Part shown: piece by piece, positions 1 to 9,248 of the stretch
How positions within the stretch are numbered: position 1 is the first letter of the stretch
Layout of the letters: each line of letters starts with the position of its first letter
Source of the DNA: Chloroflexota bacterium
GTDB taxonomy: Bacteria > Chloroflexota > UBA6077 > FW602-bin22 > CADDYW01
Direction: 5' to 3'
Assembly: GCA_034429075.1 (NCBI GenBank)
Contig: DAOUGO010000151.1
Span: 2,020 to 66,019, forward strand
Length of the DNA: 64,000 nucleotides
Made by a program: the position numbers and the translations under genes
Notes under the pieces: generated by a model
Seen by the model: the letters and a program-made list of their open reading frames with translations, nothing else
What the model was told of the DNA's origin: nothing
Database searches by the model: none

Positions 1-1278
1 ATCCCGGGCGACGATGCTTTCAGCCCGACGCGCTTTACCCCGACGTCCTGGAACATTGCTGACCAGCTAACCCTGACCGGTTATGCAATCGACGGCGAGA
101 TCACCGGCGGGCAAACAGTAAACGCCGAGCTCCGCTGGCACGTCCAGCGCACCCCCGCAGCCGACGACGGGATCTGGGTCGAGCTACAGGACGAAAGCGG
201 CCGGGGATGGGGGCGAGCGGATACCCGCCCCCGCGATGCCGGCTACCGCCCGAGTAGCGGCTGGACGCCAGGCGAAGAGGTGATTACCCGCCTCGATCTC
301 CCGATCGCGATCGGAACGCCGCCCGGTCGCTACATCCTCGTCGCAGGCGTGTATCGCCTGAGCGACCTCGCTGGTCTGGATGTACTGGATGCCGACCTGC
401 ATCCTATCGGTCAGATGGTCAGGCTGGGTACGGTTGTGATCACCCGGCCATCAGTTGGGACAACCGACCCCTCGCTCGATCAGATTGGTACCGCTGTCCG
501 ACCAGGGCTCACCCTTGCCGCCGCTCGCCTCTCAACAACGGCCGCCGGACCAGGCGACTCGATCCAGGTGACCCTCCTCTGGCGGGGAAACGGCTCCCTT
601 CCAGCCATGGATGAGACGCTTGCGCTCCAGAGCGGGAACGGGCATACGATCACCCGGGACCAGCGCAGCGTGGGCGACCAGTACCCAGCACCTCTCTGGC
701 CGCCCGGCGCGCTGGTTCGGGAACAGCACACCCTTCGCCTGCCCGCGGACGCCCCGGCCGGACCGGCCCAGGTGCTCCTCTCAGTTGCTGGCGGACAGCC
801 GCTCAGCCTCGGTACCGTAACAATCAATCGCGTTGTCCGCGACTTTGCCCGCCCGTCCCTGCCGCACCCCCTGCAGGCACGCTTCGGTGACGTGATCGCC
901 CTCGACGGCTACGACATCTCGGCAACGGACGCTCACCCGGGCGATCGGCTCGTTATGACCCTGGCCTGGAAATCGCTTCGTCCCACCACGACCAGCTACC
1001 ACGTCTTTGTTCATCTCCTGGATCGGCAGAACCGGATCCGGGCCCAGTGGGATGGCGTGCCGCGCGACTGGAGCTATCCGACCACGGCCTGGATGCCCGG
1101 CGAGTACATTCTCGACCACTACCCCCTGACTCTTCCGGAGACGCTTTCATCTGGTGTGCTCATCCCGGAGATTGGGCTGTACGACGCCCGGTCCGGTCAG
1201 CGCCTGCCCGTGACGACCGCCGAAGGCCAGCCAAGCGATCGCCTTCTCCTGCCCGCGATCCGCATCACGGCGCGCTAG
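1..1278 (+). CDS. 3' part of a larger gene truncated by the window edge. Encodes three copies of the ~90-aa repeat module shared with the neighbouring GT-C proteins, so it is probably the C-terminus of another GT-C/GT39-like protein.
   Basis: Frame 1 is open from nt 1 (IPGDDAFSPTRFTPTSWN...) to TAG at 1276-1278, so the ATG at 280 in the ORF track is internal. The last module, YHVFVHLLDRQNRIRAQWDGVPRDWSYPTTAWMPGEYILDHYPLTLP..EIGLYDARSGQRLPV, matches the C-termini of 1357..3345, 3317..6229 and 6927..9167. Confidence 0.7.
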   Translation: MPGDDAFSPTRFTPTSWNIADQLTLTGYAIDGEITGGQTVNAELRWHVQRTPAADDGIWVELQDESGRGWGRADTRPRDAGYRPSSGWTPGEEVITRLDLPIAIGTPPGRYILVAGVYRLSDLAGLDVLDADLHPIGQMVRLGTVVITRPSVGTTDPSLDQIGTAVRPGLTLAAARLSTTAAGPGDSIQVTLLWRGNGSLPAMDETLALQSGNGHTITRDQRSVGDQYPAPLWPPGALVREQHTLRLPADAPAGPAQVLLSVAGGQPLSLGTVTINRVVRDFARPSLPHPLQARFGDVIALDGYDISATDAHPGDRLVMTLAWKSLRPTTTSYHVFVHLLDRQNRIRAQWDGVPRDWSYPTTAWMPGEYILDHYPLTLPETLSSGVLIPEIGLYDARSGQRLPVTTAEGQPSDRLLLPAIRITAR

Positions 1279-1356
1279 GGGGCGCGCCTCTTCCCAAACC
1301 AGCCAATCCCGTGTACCCTAGAGCCGCTCCGGGGCGGCTCCCCGCCGCTCGGGGAG

Positions 1357-3345
1357 ATGACCCGGAGCACTGGGCCCCACGCCCGATTCTGCACTGCGGG
1401 GACGATGGATACATCGATCGCTCCTTTTACGGGAGCCATCACCAATCAGGCACGGGATGCGATGGCCGCACAGCGCCCCCGCTCCGGGAGGCCTCCGCGG
1501 CAGTGGGACCAGATAGCAATTGGGCTGGTGATCCTCGGTGCCCTGGCACTGCGTCTCTGGCACCTGACATTCCAGAGCCTGTGGTGGGATGAAGGGGTCA
1601 GCATCTATCTGGCGGGGCTCGACCTCCGGGCACTGACCATCGCCAAGGACTTCACCGTGGACCTCCACCCACCGGGCTATTACCTCATCCTATCAGCCTG
1701 GCGCTCTCTCCTCGGACCGTCAGTCTTTGCTGTACGGCTCCTATCGGTGTTCGCGGGAACGGTGACTGTGGCCCTGGTGTACGTCGTCGCCCGCCGTCTC
1801 TTCTCCGCCGGTCCGGCTCTCGGTGCCGCGCTCCTGGCCGCTCTCTCGCCGATTGATATCTACTACAGCCAGGAAGTGCGGATGTATGCGCTCCTGCCGG
1901 TGGTCGGCCTGCTCTCCCTGCTCGCCACCATCGCGGTGATCGAACGGCCGGGCCGCTGGGCGTGGCCTGCCTGGGTTGCCGCGAACGCGGTCGGGCTCTA
2001 CCTGTACTACTACCTGGGACTGCTTGCCGCGGCCGAGGTGCTCCTCCTGCTCGGACTCTCATTCCGTCGGGGCACTCTCACGTCGTGGCTCGGCGCCCAA
2101 AGCGCGCTCATCCTCCTGTACATTCCCTGGGGCTTGATCGCGCGCGTGCACCTCCCGAGCGCTGCCCTTGCTCTGCCCCCGGAAACGGCTGTCCACCTGA
2201 CCCCTTTCACCTACCTGCGCGACAACTGGCAAGACTTTACACTTGGTTTCTCCGCGCCTCCGGGGCAGATGATCCTCCTGGCTCTCTGGACCCTCGGGGT
2301 GGCCGTCGGGATCCTTCGCCTGGCCCGGTCGCACCCTATTCAGCTTGCTCTGTTTCTGCTTGCGGTTATCATCCCGCTGGCCGGGGCCGGTCTGATCGTG
2401 CTGGTCCGGCCGTTCTTCTATCCCCGCTTTATCCTCTTCGTCATCGCTCCCCTGTGGATACTCACCGGTACCGGACTGGCCAGCCTGCCCCGACTTCGCG
2501 GGGTCGGCCTGCTGGCTCTTGCGATCCTGCTTGCTGGCAGTGCCTGGACGGACTATCACGAGCGTACGACACCCCGCTACGGCTACGCGCCCGATGACTA
2601 CCGACAGGTTCTCCCGACGCTCGCCGCGTGGGCCCGTCCGGGCGATGTCATCCTGTGCGGCTATCCATGGCAGGTCGGGTACATTCAGGCATACCTGCCG
2701 GCAGCCAGGATGAACGCTATCTTTCTCCCCGGTCATCCATCCCCTGAGCTCCTCCAGAGCGTGATAGCCGGCTATCGCCGCGTCTGGGTGTACACATACT
2801 CCCCAGACCGCCCGACCTCCGAAAGCTGGATCGAGGGCTTGCTCGGCCAGCGATATCCAACCGCGCTGGTTGACCAGTTCGGCGATACGCGCATCCGGCT
2901 CTTTACCCTTTCCGACACAGAGCCCGCGCTTAGCGGATCATCCCTCGCCACGCTCGGTGGGGAGATCGCGCTCACATCCGCCGAACTCTCCACGACCGGG
3001 CCGCTCCGACCAGGCGAGATCCTCCGGGTTACCCTGCAATGGCAGGCCCTCCGCGCTCCCAGGGATGATTACACTGTGTTCGTCCATCTCCTGGGCCCGG
3101 ACGGCAAGATTCACGGACAGCAGGACGCGCCGCCTCTCCAGGGAGCCTTCCCGACCAGCCGGTGGCGACGGGGCGAGATCGTGATCGACCGATATGCTGT
3201 ACCTCTTCCGGCGAACACGCCAGCCGGCTCGTACCTGGTCGAGGTAGGGCTCTACCGACCATCGAACGGACAGCGCCTGACCGTCGGTCCGATCCCGGAG
3301 GCGGATAATCGGGTCATTGTGGGGAGGTTCACCATTGAGCGCTGA
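1357..3345 (+). CDS. Polytopic membrane glycosyltransferase, GT-C fold, family 39/83-like (ArnT/PMT-like), with one C-terminal repeat module.
   Basis: Many hydrophobic helices. The first-loop acidic motif is LWWDEGVSIYLA, typical of ArnT/PMT-type enzymes. The C-terminus reads DYTVFVHLLGPDGKIHGQQDAPPLQGAFPTSRWRRGEIVIDRYAVPLPANTPAGSYLVEVGLYRPSNGQRL. The start is uncertain (in-frame ATGs at 1357, 1405 and 1462). Confidence 0.8.
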   Translation: MTRSTGPHARFCTAGTMDTSIAPFTGAITNQARDAMAAQRPRSGRPPRQWDQIAIGLVILGALALRLWHLTFQSLWWDEGVSIYLAGLDLRALTIAKDFTVDLHPPGYYLILSAWRSLLGPSVFAVRLLSVFAGTVTVALVYVVARRLFSAGPALGAALLAALSPIDIYYSQEVRMYALLPVVGLLSLLATIAVIERPGRWAWPAWVAANAVGLYLYYYLGLLAAAEVLLLLGLSFRRGTLTSWLGAQSALILLYIPWGLIARVHLPSAALALPPETAVHLTPFTYLRDNWQDFTLGFSAPPGQMILLALWTLGVAVGILRLARSHPIQLALFLLAVIIPLAGAGLIVLVRPFFYPRFILFVIAPLWILTGTGLASLPRLRGVGLLALAILLAGSAWTDYHERTTPRYGYAPDDYRQVLPTLAAWARPGDVILCGYPWQVGYIQAYLPAARMNAIFLPGHPSPELLQSVIAGYRRVWVYTYSPDRPTSESWIEGLLGQRYPTALVDQFGDTRIRLFTLSDTEPALSGSSLATLGGEIALTSAELSTTGPLRPGEILRVTLQWQALRAPRDDYTVFVHLLGPDGKIHGQQDAPPLQGAFPTSRWRRGEIVIDRYAVPLPANTPAGSYLVEVGLYRPSNGQRLTVGPIPEADNRVIVGRFTIER

Positions 3346-6229
3346 TCGCCCCCATGCTCAGCCTGTTAGCTCCGAGCGTCCAATAGATCCTGCCACGCAG
3401 GCGACTGATCCGATTCTCCCGCGCCGTGGCCGGCTGATTGAGGCGCTCACTGCCGCGGCCATCCTCCTGGTCGCGGCAGCGCTCCGCCTGGTCGGCCTGG
3501 ATCATCTCCCGCCAGGGCTGTTCCAGGACGAGGCCGTTAACGGCGTCAACGCCCTGACCATCCTGGCTGGGCACCCGCGCATCTACTACGGCGAGCGCGA
3601 GCCGCTCTTCATGTACCTTGCCGCCTTCACGACCCTTCTCGTTGGATCATCGCCCTTCGCACTTCGTCTGGCCGCGGCCTTCGCCGGAATCCTCGGCGTG
3701 GCCGGGGGTGGTCTCCTGGCGCGCCAGCTCTACGATCGCCGGATCGGGCTGCTCACCGCAATTGGGCTCGGGGCATCGCTCTGGCTCACCACAATTAGCC
3801 GGATCGGACTGCGAGCGATCACCCTGCCCGCCGTCGAAAGCCTCGGCCTCGCCCTCCTGTGGCGTGCCGCGCGAACCGGCCGGATGCGGGATTACGCGAT
3901 CGCGGGCGTGGTCCTCGGCCTGGCCCTCTATACCTACCTCGCAGCACGCTTCCTGCCCGTTGCGCTGGCAGTATTCATCGGGCTGGCACTGCTCCTCGAC
4001 CGTCGCTGGCTTCTCCCCCGGTTCCGGGGCTTCGTCGTCGCAGGTGTGGTTGCCGTCGCTGTCTGCCTCCCTCTCGGCATTTACGCTCTTCACCGGCCAG
4101 ACATGCTTTTCGGGCGTCCCGAGCAGGTCGCCCTGCCAGGCGGCGCGGCGTTCTGGCCAGCGTTTCGGAGCGCGGTCGAGCGCACACTCGGGATGCTCCT
4201 GATCCACGGTGACGAGAACTGGCGGCAGAATTACAGCGGGGCGCCGGTCTTCGACATAATCAACGGGGGAGTGTTTCTCCTCGGGCTCGCGGTGGTAATC
4301 TGGCGGCGCCGCATTACTGACCTGTTCCTGCTTGTCCTGGCACTAACTATGCTCGCGCCCGGCATGCTCTCGATCGACAGCCCGCACTACCTCCGCACCG
4401 CGGGCGCCGCACCTGCGATCTACACGATCTGGGCAATTGGGGTGAATACTCTCGCTCGCCTGAGCCTCCGCCGATCACCGGGTCTGGCAGCAGGAGGACC
4501 AGGCCGCGGTGAGCGAGGCCTGGATGCCGTGCCTGGTAGCAGGGTACCTGCACGCCGCATGGTGCCGACAGTCCTCACGGCCGTAATGACCGTTAGTGTC
4601 ATTACCGTTGCCTTTGGCCGCACGGTTCGGACGTACTTCGTCGACTACGCGGCGAGCCCGGCCATGGCCGCCGCCTTCAACGTCAACCTTGCTGCAGCAG
4701 GGCGCTTCCTGGCCAGCGATCCCACCTGGGCAACCGATCGGGCCGATGTCTATGTCACTGACACCTATCGTCAGGACCGGGCGAGCGTCAGTTTCTTCCT
4801 CTACCCCCACCTGGAGCCGACCGCGCGCCTGAACTGGCTCGATGAGCCCAACGTCGGGACATTCTTCGACCAGGCAAAGACGATTCCCCTCCCGGTGAAG
4901 CCGTCGCTCTATATCATCGAGGGGAATGGCCAGGAGGTGCTTGACGCGCTCGGGCCGGCCGTCCAACGTATCGCGTGGATCTCCGATGGCGGATGGAGCG
5001 ATACGCGAGCGATCTGGGCGAATCCTGTGCCGTCCGAGTGGTTCGGTACGGCAATCGGCGCACGGTTTGGCCAATCGCTCGTCCTGGAACGCGCGATCGT
5101 GAGTGGTCATCGCGTTGGCCTTCGCTGGAAGATCCTTGCCCTCCCTGACTATCAGCCATCTATCTTCGTCCACGTTCTCGATGCCCAGGATCATACCCAG
5201 GCAGTGGCGGACCAGGTCATTGGCTTCCCCATTCAGCAGTGGCGGATCGGCCAGGAGTTCGTCACCTGGCACACGCTCCATCTCCCAACCGGCCTGGTGC
5301 CAGGACGCTACCGGATAACTGCCGGCGTGTATCGGAAGGAAACCCTCGTCCGTGAGCCGGCGGTTCTGGATGGTCAGCCCGTTGCCACGGTAGAGGTGGG
5401 TAAGCTCTCGGTCACGGCACCGGTGCCGGGCCCGCTTGATGTCTCACGGGCCATTGGCCGCGCCCTGGACCCCACTCTCGTGCTCGCTGGCTACGATCTT
5501 CCATCGGGTCACGTCGCGGCAGGGAGCACACTGTCGCTCACTCTGCTCTGGAAGCTCACCCACCCGATTCCCGATGACCGCGATGCAGTGGTCATCCTCC
5601 GGTCACCAAATGGCGACGCGATCAGCGCATGGACCGGGAAGATCGGCGGTCCTGACTATCCGACAAGCCGCTGGCAATCGGGAGTCCTCGTTCGTCAAAA
5701 TGTCGATCTGCCAGTGAGCGCGATAGCCCAGGGAACGGCGACGCTGAGCGTATCCGTGGGATCGGCGAGCATCGAGCTTGCTCGCCTCACCGTAGAGGCC
5801 CCGAGCCACCAGTTCACACCGCCACGCCCCCGCTATCCCCTCGCTGTGCAGTTCACTCCAGTGGGCTCACTCATCGGTGTCGATCTTCCCGACCGGGCGT
5901 TTCATCCCGGCGAGCTGGTCCCGATCACCCTCTACTGGAAGAGTGCAGGAACGGCTCCGATCCCTTATACGGTGTTCGTTCACCTTCTGGACGCGCGAAA
6001 CCACGTGATCGCCCAGCGTGATGAGCCGCCAGTCCACGGAACGCGCCCGACAACCAGCTGGGTGGCCAACGAATACATTACCGACCCGCATCAAATTCCC
6101 CTCGACCCGGCGGTCCCACCCGGCACCTACACGATCGAGGTCGGGTTGTACGATCCGCGAACGGGCGCGCGCGCATTCACTGGCACGCCCGAGAACCGCA
6201 TCATCACTGGCTCGGTGCGGGTGGAGTAG
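3317..6229 (+). CDS. Large polytopic GT-C (family 39-like) glycosyltransferase with a ~550-aa extracytoplasmic tail containing three repeat modules.
   Basis: N-terminal TM bundle with LPPGLFQDEAVNGVNA (a DE-type loop motif). Tail modules include PSIFVHVLDAQDH..QQWRIGQEF..PGRYRITAGVY, then DAVVILRSPNGD..YPTSRWQSGVLV, then PYTVFVHLLDARNHVIAQRDEPPVHGTRPTTSWVANEYITDPHQIPLDPAVPPGTYTIEVGLYDPRTGAR. A likelier start is TTG 3335, preceded by GGGGAGG. The gene overlaps the upstream gene's stop. Confidence 0.8.
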   Translation: MWGGSPLSADRPHAQPVSSERPIDPATQATDPILPRRGRLIEALTAAAILLVAAALRLVGLDHLPPGLFQDEAVNGVNALTILAGHPRIYYGEREPLFMYLAAFTTLLVGSSPFALRLAAAFAGILGVAGGGLLARQLYDRRIGLLTAIGLGASLWLTTISRIGLRAITLPAVESLGLALLWRAARTGRMRDYAIAGVVLGLALYTYLAARFLPVALAVFIGLALLLDRRWLLPRFRGFVVAGVVAVAVCLPLGIYALHRPDMLFGRPEQVALPGGAAFWPAFRSAVERTLGMLLIHGDENWRQNYSGAPVFDIINGGVFLLGLAVVIWRRRITDLFLLVLALTMLAPGMLSIDSPHYLRTAGAAPAIYTIWAIGVNTLARLSLRRSPGLAAGGPGRGERGLDAVPGSRVPARRMVPTVLTAVMTVSVITVAFGRTVRTYFVDYAASPAMAAAFNVNLAAAGRFLASDPTWATDRADVYVTDTYRQDRASVSFFLYPHLEPTARLNWLDEPNVGTFFDQAKTIPLPVKPSLYIIEGNGQEVLDALGPAVQRIAWISDGGWSDTRAIWANPVPSEWFGTAIGARFGQSLVLERAIVSGHRVGLRWKILALPDYQPSIFVHVLDAQDHTQAVADQVIGFPIQQWRIGQEFVTWHTLHLPTGLVPGRYRITAGVYRKETLVREPAVLDGQPVATVEVGKLSVTAPVPGPLDVSRAIGRALDPTLVLAGYDLPSGHVAAGSTLSLTLLWKLTHPIPDDRDAVVILRSPNGDAISAWTGKIGGPDYPTSRWQSGVLVRQNVDLPVSAIAQGTATLSVSVGSASIELARLTVEAPSHQFTPPRPRYPLAVQFTPVGSLIGVDLPDRAFHPGELVPITLYWKSAGTAPIPYTVFVHLLDARNHVIAQRDEPPVHGTRPTTSWVANEYITDPHQIPLDPAVPPGTYTIEVGLYDPRTGARAFTGTPENRIITGSVRVE

Positions 6230-6815
6230 AGGCGATCGGGGCATTGAGGAAGTTCATGGCCGGCCTGAGACCGTGGGTAAGCAAGATCTCGATGCCTGCG
6301 ACGACACGGGCGATGATACCATCGAGCCCGGCTTCTTCATCGGCCGTGAATGTCGAGAGGACATAGTCAACCGGATCGACCCCGGCCGGAGGTCGGCCAA
6401 TTCCCACGCGCAGGCGAAGGAAGTGATCCGTCCCAAGCTGATCGATGATCGACTGGATGCCGCGCTGTCCGCCTGAGCTCCCTTTTTCCCGCAGACGCAG
6501 CCGACCAAACGGTAAATCGAGATCATCGGCAATGACCAGAAGTGCAGATGGTTCGAGGTTCGCCATTCTGATGAGACAGCGCACCGCCTCACCACTCAGG
6601 TTCATGTAGGTCAGCGGCTTCCCGAGCATAAGGCGATGGCCAAAGACCTCACCCTCAGCAACCTCCGCCCGGCAGCGCTCGCGGCGAAACTGGAAGCCCC
6701 AGCGGCGCGCCAGTGCTTCGATACAGCGAAAGCCGATATTGTGGCGAGTCCGCTCGTAACGCTTTCCCGGGTTCCCAAGCCCCACGATAAGGCGGACAGA
6801 CGGCCGGTCGCCCAT
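6204..6815 (-). CDS. pth: Peptidyl-tRNA hydrolase.
   Basis: LIVGLGNPGKRYERTRHNIGF and the rest of the Pth fold motifs. The ORF extends to 6851, but ATG 6815 (MGDRPSVRLIVGLGNPG) gives the canonical N-terminus. The 3' end overlaps the convergent gene 3317..6229 by 26 nt. Confidence 0.9.
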   Translation of the reverse strand: MGDRPSVRLIVGLGNPGKRYERTRHNIGFRCIEALARRWGFQFRRERCRAEVAEGEVFGHRLMLGKPLTYMNLSGEAVRCLIRMANLEPSALLVIADDLDLPFGRLRLREKGSSGGQRGIQSIIDQLGTDHFLRLRVGIGRPPAGVDPVDYVLSTFTADEEAGLDGIIARVVAGIEILLTHGLRPAMNFLNAPIASTPPAPSQ

Positions 6816-6926
6816 ACGCGCGGGTCCCGGCACAGTACCTGATTGCTCCACGCTTCCCCTTGTACTCGCTCGTGATCAGTCGGGCGCAGCCCGGCATCCG
6901 CCCTCCACCATCCATTGCCTGAATCC

Positions 6927-9167
6927 TTACGGTCCGGGCAGGGGCAGGACGGCCAGGAGTGCAGTATCCCCGTGCTGGCCGGGCCCACTCACCGACAGGC
7001 GGTGAAGTGTTTGATGGTCATAGACCACCACCGTGAGGCGATACAAGCCGGACGGTAATCCTCGTGGAAGGTCCAGGGGGACCGCATCCCAGACCTGCTG
7101 CCCCGGCTCCCACGTGGTCGTCGGCATGGTATTATCCACCGGCATCGCATCGTGCTGCGCAACCAGCCTTCCCGTGCTGCTGAGTAGCTGAAGCGACACC
7201 GTGTAATCGCGATCGATCGTGGCGTGGGCCCGCCAGTGAAGGATCACGGTAAGCTTCTCCGAGTGTTCGTCTGGCCCACGTGTCGGCACAACGCGGAAGC
7301 CGGCAAGGACCATGGACCTGCCGAACGTAGCGTTGATCATCTGCTCACCCGGGGCACGCGCGGGGCTGTACGTCTCCAGCTGAACACTCCCGGCTGTCCG
7401 CTCCACCGGCGGACCGTAGCGTGCGGAAAGCCAGCGGCGCACAGCGGGCAGTACTGGCGATGCAGGGGCGCGGGTATCAGACACGACGACAATCGACGAG
7501 TGATCCCGAACCGCATCATCCAGACGGTGATACAGCGAGCGGTCGCCGGTCCAGGACAGCAGATGCGGCTCGGCCAGCAGCACCATCGTCCGCGGTTGAG
7601 CCAATGCGGCGAGCCGGTCCAGGACCGTCGTCTGGGTGAACACGATCACCGCGTTCGGATCGGTCAGCTTCAACGCCTCCGCCACCGGCGCGTCTCCGGT
7701 GCGGTCGAGCATTGCCGCCTCCAGGCGCGGTGCCGTTTCGATCAGGCCGATGAGCGCCGCGAGCGTGATCAGCCCTACCACCGGGCGTACCAGCCCGCGC
7801 CGCCAGCGGTCCAGTTGCGCCGCAGCCGACGGGCTGAGCGTGAACGCGGCCTCGATGGCGATCCACAGCAGCAGGGCGGTCCGGACCGCCACGCTGATCC
7901 AGAGCAGCTCGTGCACCGTTGGAAAGAGAGTGATGTAAAGGTATCCCTCCAGAACGACGCTGTCGAGCCAGAGGAGCGTCGCGAGGATCGCACCATCAAC
8001 GCTCGGCAGAAGAATCGCCACGAACGGTAAAAGCCAGACCAGGAATTGCTCGCTAAACCCTTTCGAGAGAAGCAGGATCAGGGCGACCGCCAGGGCGGTC
8101 ACGCCGATGGCGGCACGTGGTGTACCAATACGGCGAGCCACCCACCAGCGCCAGAGGAAAAAGGCGCCCCCGAGCGCCAGGGCCGCCCACCACAGGACCG
8201 GGGAGCGAGCAGGATGCCCCCACGATGCGCTGGCCGGATAGAAGAGGCGATCCGAGATCGCGGCCACACCGCCAGGATCGTAGTAGCCATCCAGTAAGGC
8301 CCATGGGCTCAACCAGGACCCCCGCGCCAGGATATTCTCGATCGTGGCCAGGAACATTGTCCGCCCGAGGATAAGGAACGGCAGGGAGATCATCCCGACC
8401 GCAATGAGCATCGCACCCACGGCAGTCCCGGCCAGGACGAGCGGCGAGTTGATTAATCGCTCCTCATCCAGCGGACGTGAGGTAGAGGGAGTCCGTGCAA
8501 GTACGGGTGCGGCCACCACAGCCACGGCGGGAAAGAGCTTCAACATCACGCCGACGCCCGCCGCCAGTCCCGCGGCCGCGCTGAGCCCCAATCGCCAGGT
8601 GCGGCCGGCGCCGCGCGCACCCACCAGGAGAAGAGCAAGTGCCAGGAGAAGGAAGAAAGTCGGCAACGCATCGAACCAGCCGAGCACCGCGTACGCCGGC
8701 AGGAAGAACGCGGCGTACAGCACGGCTGATCGTCGGCCGAGCGGCGGTCCCCAGAATGCATCGCCCAGATAATCGATGAGCACAATTGTCCCCGCGTCCG
8801 CCGCGGCCAGCACCAGGGTAACCAGCAGGTCGAACCAAAAGAGAGGATGGATCCAGGGTGGGACGAGCAGGCTCATCCGGTACAACACAACCGCGAGCCA
8901 GGGGAACAGAGGGGGATATTCGACCCAGAAGTGGATAGCCGGCAGGAAGCCCTGGGCCGAGAGCGACGCCAGCTCGTGATAATAGCGAAAATCAGACCAA
9001 TCAGGAGCTGTGCCGCCGTACCGGATCAGAAAGAGGACGGGGAGGCGAAAACCAAAAGCCAGCACGAGCAGCGCGGCCAGCGGGGGCCCCACCCCACTGC
9101 TCTCGCACTGCCCGCCCGGCCTGTCTGCTTCACCAGATCGACCGACCGACCTGACCGGCGCCTTCAC
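6927..9167 (-). CDS. Polytopic GT-C-fold membrane glycosyltransferase-like protein (DUF2029/GT87-like N-terminus) with one C-terminal repeat module.
   Basis: About 12 hydrophobic segments. The N-terminal loop is DFRYYHELASLSAQGFLPAIHFWVEYPPLFPW. The C-terminus is DYTVSLQLLSSTGRLVAQHDAMPVDNTMPTTTWEPGQQVWDAVPLDLPRGLPSGLYRLTVVVYD, the same module as in the three plus-strand proteins. The family assignment is from memory of motif shape only. Confidence 0.65.
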   Translation of the reverse strand: MKAPVRSVGRSGEADRPGGQCESSGVGPPLAALLVLAFGFRLPVLFLIRYGGTAPDWSDFRYYHELASLSAQGFLPAIHFWVEYPPLFPWLAVVLYRMSLLVPPWIHPLFWFDLLVTLVLAAADAGTIVLIDYLGDAFWGPPLGRRSAVLYAAFFLPAYAVLGWFDALPTFFLLLALALLLVGARGAGRTWRLGLSAAAGLAAGVGVMLKLFPAVAVVAAPVLARTPSTSRPLDEERLINSPLVLAGTAVGAMLIAVGMISLPFLILGRTMFLATIENILARGSWLSPWALLDGYYDPGGVAAISDRLFYPASASWGHPARSPVLWWAALALGGAFFLWRWWVARRIGTPRAAIGVTALAVALILLLSKGFSEQFLVWLLPFVAILLPSVDGAILATLLWLDSVVLEGYLYITLFPTVHELLWISVAVRTALLLWIAIEAAFTLSPSAAAQLDRWRRGLVRPVVGLITLAALIGLIETAPRLEAAMLDRTGDAPVAEALKLTDPNAVIVFTQTTVLDRLAALAQPRTMVLLAEPHLLSWTGDRSLYHRLDDAVRDHSSIVVVSDTRAPASPVLPAVRRWLSARYGPPVERTAGSVQLETYSPARAPGEQMINATFGRSMVLAGFRVVPTRGPDEHSEKLTVILHWRAHATIDRDYTVSLQLLSSTGRLVAQHDAMPVDNTMPTTTWEPGQQVWDAVPLDLPRGLPSGLYRLTVVVYDHQTLHRLSVSGPGQHGDTALLAVLPLPGP

Positions 9168-9248
9168 GTGCCCTCTCCATCGGCGAGGCCGATCAGGCGT
9201 GCCGTCCCGACCGCGGCAGGGGAGGCCCTCGGAGGCCCAAGCGGCAGA

